Notes under the pieces: generated by a model
Database searches by the model: none
Told to the model about the DNA's origin: nothing
Seen by the model: the letters and a program-made list of their open reading frames with translations, nothing else
In this document: piece by piece, positions 1-30,482 of the stretch
Layout of the letters: each line of letters begins with the position of its first letter
Numbering within the stretch: position 1 is the first letter of the stretch
DNA from: Catajapyx aquilonaris
Lineage: Eukaryota
DNA length: 64,000 nucleotides
Assembly: GCA_000934665.2 (NCBI GenBank)
Contig: JYFJ02001397.1
Coordinates: forward strand, 1-64,000
Reading direction: 5' to 3'
Position numbers and translations under genes: made by a program

Positions 1-3000
1 GGGGGCGATTCAGGGACTTGGGCATTCAGTGGTTGCCGCGGTAACCCAAGGCAGGTGATGTTTACAGCCAATGGCTCATTATTAGAAGAGTGTTCCAAAG
101 TCCTTTTCGCCTCCTGGGGCCAAGGATGACCTCGGAGGTCAATTCCAATGTGCTTATGACATTCCCAGTAAAAAACCACCCCTAATGACACCCTGGGGCG
201 TATGTCGGGACCTCCGTATGGATTTGCATAGCGAATAACAGGAAAGACATACGTCGAGAAATATGTATTAGATTGCACTTAATTGCAACATGATTAATAC
301 CAATCTCTATAGCACAATGATTCTATACATGCCAGGGTGCCGATGTGCTCCGCATAAACTGCCGATTTTCATTTAAACGTATTAAACGTATTGCTTTGAA
401 ATGTAGCCAATGTTTCCCACTCGACGTGGTCTTTTTCGAATATACCGTACACACGTAATCCCCACACGTATATATACAGAGATCACTGATGGCTCGTCGC
501 GCATGCTCAGTCCATTTCCGCATGCACATCGGAATCTACCAGTGGGAATGCGCATGTGCGAATAGCTCCGTCCTATTGTTTCAGGTGTCAAATTACATTC
601 CTGCCATTTCATCTTACTTCCATCCCCTTCTACTTCCAATATGACATTTCCCCCGTCGATTAATTAGCATATAACTAATCACCCCATGAGAAATTCCCCC
701 GGTGCCTCTCCCCCCACCTCTAATCCATATATGCGCCTGCGTTGGCATTCCTGCCGGTTGGTGTCCAGCCAAAGGTTTTGGCCATGGAGGGCTGGAGGGT
801 GGGAGATGGGAATGAGGGAGAGAGTGGGTTGGTGGGGAGGGGGGGTTGGACCAGGCGCCGGGTCCGAGAGAGAACAGCAAAATTGCATTTCATGGAATCG
901 CGTCCCGTGTATCTCCGTCCGTGTAATGGAGTTTTTTAATGCTCCCGGTCAGGGCGAAGGCAAATCCACTTAGGCGCACCATTACTGCTGCCTCGACTCT
1001 ATACACACACGCTTTTGCAGTGCTGCTGAGAGGAAAAGGGGACGGTATGGGTTGGATGGGTGGGTAGGGGGCAATATTTCCCCCCCCCCCCCATCCCCCC
1101 CACCTCTCCCCACCAACCCTCCCTTCCTTTTTCCAAACAGCTCGGGGGAGGGACCCGCATCCCACTAATTAGGACTCTCAAGCATGAAACCCCTGCGAAC
1201 GGAAAAGCGTCCGATACGCTTTATCTTAACTGAATGGCCGCGTCGAATTAATTCCCCGGTTTGCTGTTTGCCACTTTTGCCCAGCAGGGCCAGGCGTAGT
1301 ATTAGCCCCTATACACATACACCAGAAATGATCTAAAAAAAATCCGGTCAGGTGATAAATAAATTAGGAGGATATATCTGATGATCCGGGGTTTCTCTCC
1401 CCCCTCTGGAGATCCCCATTTGCTTATCCTGTTTAAGCCAGTGAGAGTGTGCGAATTAGCCGCCTTTTGTAGCGGCAATAACTTAGGCGGTAACGCTCGC
1501 CGGGGCCCATTACTTCAAGTTTTGAAGCGCATTAAGCGATCCCGAATGGTTTTCCGGACTAATGGCGCCCGGAGTATCGAGCAATGAAGCCGGGCTTTTA
1601 TTAAGGCCTGGGCGGCAGGATTATGGGGGCAAGGGAATAAGTGCAGCAGCAGCGCCAGCAAGCCACTGAAAACTGGCTACTTTGCTCTGCTTTGCTCGGC
1701 CCGCATCCCCCAGGCTCCACTATACTGATCCGCAATACAACCGATACATGTTCTTCAATCTCACCTGCGCAAAAAGTTGGAGAGCGCTTTGGCTGCTGAT
1801 TCAAGCACACAAAGTAACCACTTTTTATCAAAGTTACAATTGGAAAACTCTGATGTGGCTGACTATTATATTGAGGAATTATTGGCTATAAATATATGTG
1901 AAAATCGTGGGTGGCCAAAATTGTCGTCTACATCAATATTCTAATGGCTGTATCACACAAACAGTACAATATCAAGGTAATTGTGAAACAAATCAAAAGA
2001 AGTGATTCAATCTCCAAATGCATTGCCTATATAAGTATCTCACTTTCTATCAAACGGTCACTTCTCTTTTATATACTGCTCTTTAATTATATGAAGTAAT
2101 TTTGAAGCGAGCCATTTTAATCAATTACTGATTCCTTTTGATCTCAAGTGGAAATATCTGATTGTATGTAAACTTTTGGATATACGTCAGGTACATGTGG
2201 CGCACAAAGATTCGCATACAAAGTTGTCCTTTACACAACTGTCGTAGGCACATCTTGTCTTCATTATCAGTTAAAAAGGAAAAGGCAGGCTCATTTCGCT
2301 CAAGGAAGAAAAAAAAATGAACTTCAGGTCTGATCAACTCCACCTCCCAGTTCCCATCCCCCTACCATGTCTCAAAAAAAAAGTGGGAAGAGAAACTTTA
2401 AAAAAAGGAGGAATGAGAGTTCCTGCTTTCCAATCAAACCTTCAGTGTCTCCTATACGAGTGTACAAAAGAAAGAAGAAATTCCTATTTTTCCTCGCTTT
2501 TTGCCCTAGCTCAAGATTGCTTTTCAAAGTACTGCAAAAAAAAAAGTTACGATGGATTATTTTTTCTATGAAAATTTCATTTCATCGGATGAAGGAAAGG
2601 ATATATAGCCCTAGCAGCAGCTTACGTCCAGCTTGTTTGATCCTAAAAGAAGGACAATAATAGACCTCGTCCACCTCCTGCCCGTTGTTTACATCGGGAG
2701 GACGCCATTTCCGGATCAGTGATTCTCTTTGGACCAACCGACCGATCTCGTACTAAACAGACCAACAGATTAGATCTGAGGATTAAGCGTCTTAGGACAG
2801 GCGTCCCGGTGAGTTGTCCACTGCACGGTTGCCATGTTCTGTCCCAACACACAAACACTGCTCGAAGTAGTACAACCACATTTTGGAACATAATGGAAAA
2901 TTCAACTCACCTAAACTTTGACAGTCTGTAGTAACGATGATTCTTACCAGTTTATTATCGCGAATAATATGCAAAGAGTAATACCGCAGCTGATTTACAC

Positions 3001-6000
3001 TGATTTGGAATGTAAGAACACTCGAGGCCACTTTTTTTTAATCTTAGGAGAGGAGTTGTTTTGGCAACCTCTGTTGGGCACTCGCTCAGCATGGAGAGTA
3101 AAGGACCCATGATCCCCTGGTGCAGCAGGGGGTGCTCGCGGCAGGGAGGGGGGTCACTTAGGTCAGAGCTCTTCAAACTGTTGGCTCGGCGACAAAGGCA
3201 CTTTTGTCGCTCATCAGTTTGGTCAACGTTTTGTGTGCCACCCCACTTGTCTGGCGTTAAGTACATTCAGCGCCAGGATCGCGAGGACGCCATTCTCAAG
3301 TGTGTTTTGTTGGAAGGTTTCTCCCGTCCCCTTGCATCTTTATCAGGCGGCGCATGGATCAACGGCTCCAATGTGCACCGCTTCTCAGACCATGGGATTC
3401 AACAGAGAGATGAAAAGGGTTATACCAACGCAAACTTTTCATCTCCTTAAAATGAATGCACTGTTTTATTCAAGGATTATCATTTCGGTTAGGTACTTTA
3501 TAACTCCTTGTAATGATGTTTCAGGATTTATAATCCTCCTGGCGGTACACAGCCGTAAGGCGACACCACTGTAAATGATTCAGAGTGATGGATTATTCCC
3601 TCCAGCCACGCATGCGCACTCCACTCTCGGGCTTCAACAGGACTATCTCCAAGAAAGGTGAGCTTGCAATGCATCCAGCAGGAGATAATCTCCACCTGGG
3701 GCAAAGGTTGATGACAACTCGCTCCTGCGGAGAGTGGTGCAAAGGGCCCAAGGGAGGTGAGAAGGATGGGAGCGATGAAATGCACAAGGCGCAGCCGTCA
3801 CGATAAACCTAATCAAGTGTGGTGCGTGCGGGTAATCCAAATGGATTAGTAGGGGCGAGAGAGTCGGAGAGCAGCAGAGGATGTGGCCTGCAGCACAAAT
3901 AAATGCCTTTTGTTGGCAGAGCCAGCCTCTCGACGAGGATAACACACTCTCGTCGGAAGGCCTAAATGTCATGAAAGGAAGTGAGAGAAGCTTTTGGGTA
4001 AAGGAGCGCTGCGGACAGGCAGCGCCAAGAATTACTGCACTTCAAAGGAAGACACTCGAGTGCTTAAGACTGCCTTCCGGCTAGCTAATCAAAAGCAGAG
4101 GGACTTGCATATAAAAGGCACGTTATTGCAGCTTTGCCTACGCACTTTGTTCAAATCCTTTTAATTACAGTTGCATTTTATTGCGCAGAAAGTACAGTGC
4201 TTCGCGGCAGTGTTTGCAAAAGTTGCGTCGTAATCTCTGCAACTGTACAATGGATCCGTGTAGCTCAGATGCACAGTTCAGGATTATTCTGCATTTCTCC
4301 CATTTCTAGCATCTGACCATCAGTGCTCTAGAATTTCTGCCATATTAGCCCATGAAAACTGTAATATACACTTACCAAACAACCATCAAATTATGTGGAA
4401 AATTCAAAATCGTTAGAATGCGCTTGTCTAGAGTCAGTTAAATGACCCTTATGACGATTCAGCAAAAAACCTACATTTGATAAAGCTGTACAGTACACTG
4501 TATATATTATACAGTACCACACTGACACTTTTTGAATATGATATACTTAGAACATGGAAAGAACTATACAGCTCAAGCCGGTAGCAAATAATAGTGGCGA
4601 ACGAGCAATTCATGGTATTCTCAACTACTGCGATGAAATAAACTGCAAGAAAATACTCGATAAATCAAGTGGTAGAATCTGGTTGTGCAGATCGAAGAAG
4701 CAAAAAGAAGAAAAAAAGGCGAGGAAAAATTCACCGGCCCCTGGCGAAAGTTGAGGCCGATGAAAAGCACCCTTCTTTCCCCTCTTTCTCTCTCATCAAG
4801 AGTATCCTGGGCTTCGATTCAGGATCGGCAAAGCTTCAATCCGGCGGACCAATGAAGAGCCGCTTTTAATAAGCGCTGAACGCAGAGCGATCGCCATTTA
4901 TTTGCTGAGGGGCACTCTCCCACTGATATAGAAAATTGGCGGATAGAAAAAGGAACCCCCCCCCCCNCCCCCCCCGCAGGCACAGCCCCCCCCCCCTCTC
5001 CTCTGATGCCCATAGGTATACATGTATATATATCTATCATAGCCCCCATCGCCCAGTCCCAAAGCATGAAGAGAAGGGGGGCCAACCTTTTGAAACCAAC
5101 TCCCCCACTTTGACGGGTGAAAAGCATTGGAAATTGGACACTCAAATCTAATGGGTTTCCGTGGAATAGCCGTCCCTGGGTTTTCAAAGCAAAAGGCAGA
5201 TTGTGAATGCGTTTAGAGTAATTCGGGGTGTGCTGTGGAAAAGCACTTTGATACACTACCCCCCCCGCTCCTGAATGCAGATCCGAGCGTTTTCAATTAG
5301 GCCCTCGGGTTGCCTTAGCAGTGGTCCAATGCCAGTAAGGCTTCTCTACCATATAAATACGTACCATTGCGTAGGACTTGACTGCCACAGAGCGACTGAA
5401 ATGTACTACTTGCTGCCTATATGTATAGAATCCACAGGCTGCTTGCTGGTGGTTATGTGTGGATCGACAGAATCTATATCAAAGCGAATATTTAACCATC
5501 TTCAATAAGTCGCAGTCAATGAGTCATTTTGTGTCAGCATATATACCAACGAGGTTCTAGCTTGTCGGTTGTCGCGGTGCCATCATGAGGCCTAATAATT
5601 ATGTTGTATACTTGTCAGGGGCCCAAATGGATATGAATCGAACATGTATAGTTCACCTTACATTTGAGGTAGAAGTCATATTGGAGTGAGAAAAAAGTGA
5701 AACAATGAAAGGACATGCAGCTGTTAGAAACTATTACACGGCTGGTATCAGCTTTAACAAATCAAAGTGTTTCCCTTACTTTTCAACGATTATCCATCAG
5801 CATATTCTTCCAAAAGCACGCAGATGTCTTGGGTGTTCTCGTCTGAAAGACAACAAAAATGAAAAAAATTGTAATTCAAATATCATTAATTCATTACAAT
5901 GACATATATTCATTCATTCATATTCATCACGGCCTTGATCCCATGAAGGGGTGGCCACCCCAGTAGTGATGATGACCACAGTGATGACCAGATACATGCA

Positions 6001-9000
6001 TCTGGGCATCTTGTATTCTTGTATTGTGATGAATACAAGAATAACAAAAGCGCAAAATTTGAACATGAATTAAATATCGCTATAAACTCAAAAACAATAA
6101 GGCAAATGGGCTTATGCTTTGGTCGCATCAAGTGTCTGCTGTTTCACTGTCATCCGCTTCCCCGCGGCTGCCCCTCTGATCCCCCTGTGAAGCCCTATAT
6201 TCCTATAGAGTAGTCATTATGATGACCTAGAATCGTGTAATGTTTGGCTCAGTGGCGCCAAAACTTCAAAAAGACAACTAAAATTTTCTTGAGTCGGTCC
6301 ACGCACATTATTATACAATATACATCATCGCAAGCATGTGAAAATTTGAAAATTCGATTAAATCAGGAGCATGTTCAACGCTTATGAATCATTGAAAGTG
6401 TAAGACTGTGTAAGGAAGGAAAAGGTGGAAGAAATCTCCAATTTTGTCTGGTTATGTATTGTGAACACGGACACGGAACACCTTTACGTACAAGATCGTA
6501 TATTTTCCTTCATTTTCTTTCATTCAAACGTCCAGAAGTTTGACACCATGTCATAGTAGGCTATACATAGATGTGAAAACAACAATCATAAGTGAGTCAA
6601 GACTCCGAGTACTGTGAAGAAGTCAAGCATTATACACATCAGGCGGTCGTGAAGTATATATAGTGCAATATACCCGCTATACTGATGACAAAGGAAATAG
6701 GAGCCAATAACAAGGGCATGTGAGCAAAGTTGGTTGATGCTACACCATCTTAGCATGGTAAATTGGCCTTCCACATATTCAAACATAGTTGGATTAACGT
6801 GGAAGATGACCAGGTTTCGCGGAATTCGTCATGGTCGACCATGCGAGTCATGCTTTGGCCATTGGCAACCCTGTCGCTGTCGGTTCAGGCAACACATCAC
6901 ATTACTTTTATGGCAGTTTGATTCCTCAAGATGGCACAATACCCCACATCTATCTCGAAGCCAAAAGTGATTCCTCACCAGCAAAGAAGTTCAGGGTGTA
7001 TAAAAATAATGCTCGCAGTTATTATATGACTCACATTTCTATAGGTGACACGTACCAATAACGGTCCTCGGCTTGTTATATAATGCATCCGACTTCACTA
7101 AAAGAGACTCTGCTAAATCCCCAGAAAAATGCTAGATCTCCCACAATTCTGCATCCATAATAACATTACACTGAAGTACTGAATATGCAGGATATCTATA
7201 GGCTGTATATATAGGGCCTGCCCTGTCTGCCTGGAGGGGAGGAATCATGTGAAGGTCAACCTTTATATCACCATTCATCCTATAGCCACCTCAACTGCAG
7301 GCTATTTTTTCTTTCCTCCTCTTAGACAGCAAGGAACGTGCCCCACGTATACATTTATAGCCCCTCAAATAAACCCCAGTATCAGGGTCGCAGAATCATT
7401 GTGCAAGCAATACAGGCCAATCGCATCTGTAATAAAAGCTAGAACTAAGTAAGTGGCGTGGAAATCTGAGGAACGTCATCCTCTTCTCCGGGACAACTAT
7501 ACTTTCATCTTTCCAATATTACTACTATTTCTGCGAGGGATTGTTCATCTCAAGTAGTCCTCCTCATTCCGTTTGTCTAGCTCCCTCTGGAATCTCCCTA
7601 TTTCCAAATATACAGCCATTGGGTAACAGTATATATGCAAAAAGGAAACATGAGGAGACATATTGCAGCCAAGGGCATCAGGCAAAACTTCTTATCTTGT
7701 AAGAAACGCCCTGCATTTTGATGTATGAAAGGTGAGATGTCATCCATCCCATGTGTCAGAACTGTCAAGAGTGTCGACAGTGGTTTGTGTTCCCTGGAGC
7801 CAATGACAAAGTCGTGGTTTCAATTTATGCAACCAGAAGCTCATTGTATCATGCGAATTTATAGTATGAGCAGCCGGACGCTTATTAGGTGAGGCAACAG
7901 AGTCATAACTTCCAAAACAGCGGGATATTTTGAGTAGTCATGAAAGTTCTCGTCTCACCACTGAGTTATTGACCCAGATTTTTATCACCAAATTACGCAG
8001 TGCAATGAACTAATAATTACCGATGCCCTGTTGTGAAGGCGCAATTTTTTGTTCGGGTTCTGCTGCAGCACAGACGTGCCTTCAGTGATTATCTAAATGT
8101 ATCGCTTATGCCGTACATCATTCATATTTGCATACATGTTTTGAAAGTAGGTGATACGTACTGTACATCACGTTTGTATTCTTACTTCATAAAAAATGTG
8201 ACTTACGTCATTTCTCTGTGTGCTGCAGACACATCCAAGTACTGATCGCCTCACATTGTACTATAGCAGATTATAGACAAAATTTTCAAGGCTGGTATAG
8301 TATATATGCCTACTAATCACCACGTTGACGCTGAATTTGACTTACAATCATAGTTCATATACAACTTCTTTCACTCCATGAACATCAATTAGCTCAATTT
8401 CCCATCAAAAATGCGTTATTAAATATTAACGGAAATATACGTCCGCATGGGGCTTTCATTTCCAGTGAGAGTTTTTGCAAGTGCTGATCACCAGTCGTTC
8501 GATTCAATAACATCTTCGCTTAATTACAAACGACGATATGGATGCACCAAACCGTAAAATGTAGCGAGACTATTTCCATTCATCACCTATAGACTCTATA
8601 GACGCTGTAGGGAAGCTTGGACGCTACCATCATTACCGCGCAGCAGTCAACCTCTATAACTCTGCACATGTACCCCCAACACAAGTCGGTAAGGATATAA
8701 ATTGTGATTGACGTCCTATAGAGAGCGGTCCTTTTTTTTAAATAGTCTTATACCATGTACACATCATCACAAAAGAATATTTTTTGCAAGCTCCATACTA
8801 TCAGCAGCTTGCAAACTGAATTTACTGATGGGCGCCATAGCCAACACTAACCGTTATTGTTGGCCTATAGCACCAGGAGTAGAATACAGACATCGCTCCA
8901 GGTGATAATTACGCTATTGAAAGGAGGTATTTGCTCCTGTTGATATATTTTGTAGGCCCGCGAGGCTTTCTTCGGGAGTCTCACCTTACCCCAGGGGTAT

Positions 9001-9782
9001 AGTTGGAAGGTGATGGGGCAATCTGTGCCGCGGTTGGCAACCTTCCTTTCCAAGTTCTGGCTTGTCCCTAGATGCAACCAGACTCCCTTTTTTGGTGGGG
9101 AAAGAAAAGGGCGGGGACGTTTTCCGGGCTGGTGAAGAATGGAGGCGGTGACGAGGGGGTGGGGGAGTTGGGGAGGAATCTTTTGTCATCAGGAGCTGGG
9201 GGAATTGTGCTTCCAGTTTGCAAACTCGTGGCCTTTTCAGGGCGACCGGCTTCCCCTATATACATGCGGAAGCCCGCAATCATGGCTTTGGGGGCACCCT
9301 CCACCTTTTTTTTATTTTTTTCCTTTTTTTATCATCCCTCCCTCGCTCGGTAGAACCTAGTGGTATATTCGGAGAGGCTCCAATTGCCTAGCACTTTTCA
9401 TAGGTCCCATGGGAATTATTTGGGTTCGGGTGTGAAAGGCGGGAGGTGGTGTTTTTTTGTGTGGTTGGGTCTCCAATTGATGCTTATTAAGCTTGCCCGA
9501 GTATTTTGAGAGGCGGATACTATGGTGGTGGTAAACTAAGGTGACGCTCTCCTGACTCTTCCCGTCCTTTCTGATTAGGGCATAAATGGTCTCGCCCCAC
9601 ATGAATGCTTAGTCACCAGACACCCAAGTTTTCCTCGCACTTTCAGGCCAGATGTGGATTTTCGTAAAGGTGACAAATGTGCTCAGTCTGTTTTCAAATT
9701 CTGACAGGAACATCTATCCGGTATAGAGGCAGAGGCAAGGGCAGAGGTTATACTACTTGAAACATCCTTTTTGATAATGTTC

Positions 9783-9873
9783 ATGGCATTTGTATGATCA
9801 GTTAATAATCTTACATGGATCGATTTGCGGAAAATGTATGTAAGGTTATTATAACTGATCATACAAATGCCAT
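9783..9873. repeat. ~90-bp inverted repeat / hairpin
   Basis: ATGGCATTTGTATGATCAGTTA (9783-9804) is the exact reverse complement of 9852-9873, with a further ~12-bp imperfect stem inside. Confidence 0.8.
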
Positions 9874-11675
9874 TGAGTGGTTGCTATATAAAATAAGATT
9901 GGCATCAAAAGTATTGTTCCAGACACTTGTCTTCCCACCGGCACCCTTTAAGCCTACTTGACATAGCAATTAGCACGGTTTTACGGTGGTGGTGCCACAT
10001 GCATGTTCGTCTATGATGCACTATGAATATTTCGGAATAATGTTGAGGAAGGTGTTCAGGATAATATTACTAAGGCTTATAATCAAATAGATAATTGGTG
10101 GGCTGATATACCGGTATACATGTGATCGCCGTTACACTTAGAAGAATGGTGGGTTCGTAAACCTCTGCCCTTTATTTGGAGTGGGGGGTGGTCATAAGGT
10201 CGTATATCCTAAGTGATTGCTCCATGCTCCATCATAGGCGCATGGACAGTTTTTCCCCCCTCCCACTGCAGCAGTCGGCCTTTTAGCACAAATATGTGTG
10301 AAACCCTATATGGAAAAATAAGGGTGCATTTTAAGAAGAGTGCCGCATGGCACTCTATTGGTGATGCCAGTGTATACTTGTTTTCGTGTATTTGGCACGA
10401 TTTTATTTGATTCCAACCAGCATCAAATGGTGCCATTTGGGATCCATTTTGGCACACAAATATTTTGAGGTTGTAATTATATGCATTTTGCGTATACATG
10501 TGAGTTTCAGAATATAATATACCCATGGGAAAGTTTCACCCTTAATCGAGATTGAATATACATTGCGCCTGCAATCAAAAAATTCAAAATTTTCAATCCA
10601 GTTCGCTTATGGTCACATGTGATGACCTGAGACCTCATTTGAGCAACCCCATGCCAATGCTTTCATTGCCAGTCCACACACAGTGTATTATATATGCATG
10701 TATCTGAGGCTTTGTTGATGAAGCCACTGTACAGTATACTGTAATATGAAACCTTTACCTATGTGTTAACCAGGAAAATTATGATATTCTTTTACACGAA
10801 AATTAAAGGACAGACTTTATTATCATTAGATTCAACTTGAAATTACGTACAGGCCTGAAGTATGTAAACTTAAAGGTGCTGAAGTGTGCTGAAGCTTGAA
10901 ATTTCCGTAAGGTACATCAAGTGGACCAGTACGATTGAAGCAAAATCACAAACTGACGACCCCCAACTGGGCCCTTTTATCAAAAATTGATTCCCGAACA
11001 GATGCGATGATAAAATAGTTTTCACTGCCATTTCTTTCCCCTCCTATATTTTCCCCAGCCGTTTTTTTCTTCCGAAAAGAGGAATTACCATATTGCTTAG
11101 CGTCATTGTGGAGTTTGTTGGGAGGCAACACAGCAGCCACGCTGGACCAGCACGCCGAGCAACCCATTTTTTGGGGTGCGGAACCCCCCAGAGGGCTTGG
11201 ACCCAACCCACTCGGGAGAAGCCCTTTGAGACCTTCTTGGGTGCACAAGAAGTGCGAATCTAGGGCGGGGTGGCATCGGAGGCAGGGGGCCGTGGTGGCC
11301 ATGGGGGCCAGGGTTTGCAGGGGTCCAAGGGCGTGTCTTGCTGCCATCTGGGATGGGAGGTGTTTCTGCTGCTGCATGGACCAGCATGCCAGGCACTCTT
11401 GGAGGGGGAGCCCCGGGCTATATAGGTGGCATGTGAACTTTTGGGTAAAGGCGATGCTGTTGGGACCCCTCCTTCCTCACACCTTACAGTCTGTGGATTT
11501 GTTTTCTGGTGCTGCCTCCCACTGTGCTCATATGTCGCTCTTCCTACACTATAGGGATTGACCCTTGCTATAAGAGACAACAAAGAATTCTCCCCGTGCG
11601 TCACATCGACGCTGTATAAAATCGCTTGTCTGGAAGTGAGTTCCCAAGTGCATAGTTCCGTTAAGTGATGATAGG

Positions 11676-11844
11676 TTAATCATGATGCCTGAGCAAATTG
11701 CTTTGTTGTATATTTTTTAGAGAAAATATTCGAACACTCTGTATGTGTCATAACAATATTTCTAGCCTTCTTCGGAAAAAAAAATTGCCCGATTATTTTC
11801 TCTAAAAAATATACAACAAAGCAATTTGCTCAGGCATCATGATT
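11676..11844. mobile_element. Small MITE-like inverted repeat with ~51-bp perfect arms
   Basis: AATCATGATGCCTGAGCAAATTGCTTTGTTGTATATTTTTTAGAGAAAATA (from 11678) and its reverse complement (to 11844). Direct repeat TGATAGG at 11669-11675 and 11844-11850. Confidence 0.75.
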
Positions 11845-13749
11845 GATAGGCCAGGGTAGGCTTAAACCATTTCCACTTCAACATGAGAATGTAGCCCACC
11901 TCCCCACACAAAAAATACGATGATCCCCGCTGTGATGTGCTCTAAATAGAGCCTAGCTGAAACCTGCAAGCCTATTGGCTGATCCAAATAGGCTCCATAT
12001 TACGCCAAGCACAGCTTAATTTAAGCTTGCGCTTTGATGTAATCCCGGTATATTTAAGAGTAAATCCAGTTAATGGAAATGATCCATTAAATAGGGGGTG
12101 ATCGGGAGCAGCGTGGCGTGAACAGGTGACATAATCACAACAGAGGCATCAAAGTAAATAGTGTGTCCCCCCCCCTCCCTCCCTCCCTCCAACATACCCC
12201 CACTCCCAACTTGGCTAATTACACTGAGTAGCTTTATTCATCGAACCCTGGCATGTTGGGATGTGGGAGGGGGGTAGGAAGAGCGGGGTGGGATCGGTTA
12301 GCTGGCGCGTGATGGTATTGTGGTAAAACGGCGCCGCCGCCGCTCTCTATAGTGTTGCGGATCATTACAAGGAGTGGCCCCAGGTGTCATCTCGTCTTTG
12401 TGGAGCGCTCATTTTTGGCCTAATTAATTAATTCTATCCTCTTTGCATCCGCGCCAAAACCCTCTCCATTTTCGACTCACCTCGTCCACTAATCCCATGG
12501 TTAGTTCTGCGACACCATAGGCCTATTGGAAACCTGCTGCAGGGCTCTGCTGCACACGCAAACATGCAGAGGTGGGGGGGAGGGGGGCAGCAGTTCGGTC
12601 TTAGTGTTACAAATTACGATAAGCTCCAAATGAAGCTATAATAATTACACGGGTGCATGCAACTGTATTGGAACTGCGTCTAACAATTACATTATGAAAC
12701 ACGTAGGTAACAAAAAACTAGCCAATGATTACCTGAACTTTTACGCAATAGGGTCACGGTTGCGTAAGTTGAAATATGATGGCGACCATAATAAATATAG
12801 CTCATGGAATCAGCAACCGGATGCTGCAAAGGTTGCGCATATGGGGATGCAAGTGTCTCCGGCTTAAATGAAGTGGTATAGAAAATAATGTTCATTCCAC
12901 CATTTTAATGGTAGGTTAGGCTATAATTATATAGATATTGCCATCATATATGACCATAATATGACAATTATCTCGGCAATAATTATCACAGTATCAGTTT
13001 TCAAGCCGGGTTTTCTTCATTTTGGTTTACTCATATCTATGCCACTCGCACACTATAGCCTCAAGATGATGCTCATTATATTTTTATTTTAATCTCATTT
13101 TATTGACACAATAGTTTATCACACTTGTACCATTTTTTGTACAAAAACTCGTGACACTTTCCTCCTCACAGTATGCAGGGCGATGCAATGGCACATAATT
13201 GCTGAAAGTGGGAAAAATGTAAGTTACATTATATAGATTACCTGCCCCAACAATCAGTTAGAGTCACATTGTTGTGTTTAATAATAAGCGGGACCACATT
13301 TGCTACAGGTGATTGGTGCTTTTATTTTTGAAACCGTTTGTTAGGGAAACAATCCCCCTCTTGGATTAAATCTCTGCAGTACCGGTACTGTCTACAGCAC
13401 ACTACCCAGACTACAGATAGTTGTGAAAAAACTATAAGAATCCATAACAAATGGGTCTCTATATTATTTTTCACAACAGTGACTACCGGTGACTGGGCTT
13501 ATACCTTTGAGCCCAAGTTCCGCTATATTGTACTGTACAGAATTCAAATTCCTGTCAATTCCAGCTAACTGCACCTATAAGTGTGAATCTTCAATACAGT
13601 ACAGAAGATGCCCTATCAGAATTTTGGTGCTTCACTTGTAGAGCTGAATGCACTCTGTGATTGCGTATGTGTGTGTGTCTGCAGGAAAGAGGGGTGTACG
13701 GGTAGGTGGGGGGTAGACGCAAGAAGAGAGGGGCCCTAGGATGGCTGTA

Positions 13750-14180
13750 GAATCGGGGCGGGAGGGAGGCGAGTCCTGGATCGAAAAACCCAATCACCGG
13801 CACCGAGGGTGAGAGCGGCGATTTGCTGCGAGGCCAGGCCCATTGCAACCTCGCCCCTAAATCCGCCAGCCCGCAAGCTCGATATTGGCCTGCGCCGTGG
13901 GGACCAAGGGGGTGCTCTTCTAGTAGGGGGGGTGCTCCCCCTTTCCCCCGACCAATGGCGGCAGCTCCCGCTTCAACCTGTCACCGCACTTAAGCGCCCA
14001 TGACACCCCGATTTGCTTGATCGCTGCGGGTTAGCAAAAGGTAGCCTGGCCCCCACAACGGTGCTGCTGACTACTGCTTGCACCTGCCTTTCCCTTGTAA
14101 GTGCCAGTGCTCTCAAGTGCTTCGGGGAGTCGAGACAACCCAGTGTTTGTTATGAGATAGACATATCGGGGGCCTGAGTG
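13750..14180 (+). promoter_or_regulatory. Probable Hmx core/proximal promoter and 5' leader
   Basis: GC-rich stretch just upstream of ATG 14181. It has a GC box GGGGCGGG (13755-13762), CCAAT boxes (13790-13794, ATTGG 13884-13888, 13952-13956) and NK-type sites (CACTTAA 13987-13993, TAAGTG 14098-14103, CAAGTG 14114-14119). The TSS cannot be determined. Confidence 0.6.

Positions 14181-30482
<16,302 letters not shown>

Noticed and set aside
3061..3972. ORFs of 100-130 aa
   Set aside because: No motifs or exon structure; consistent with chance ORFs in GC-rich regulatory DNA.
10946..11604. Several overlapping 97-151 aa ORFs
   Set aside because: GC-rich repeat-like DNA with no domain or splice support.
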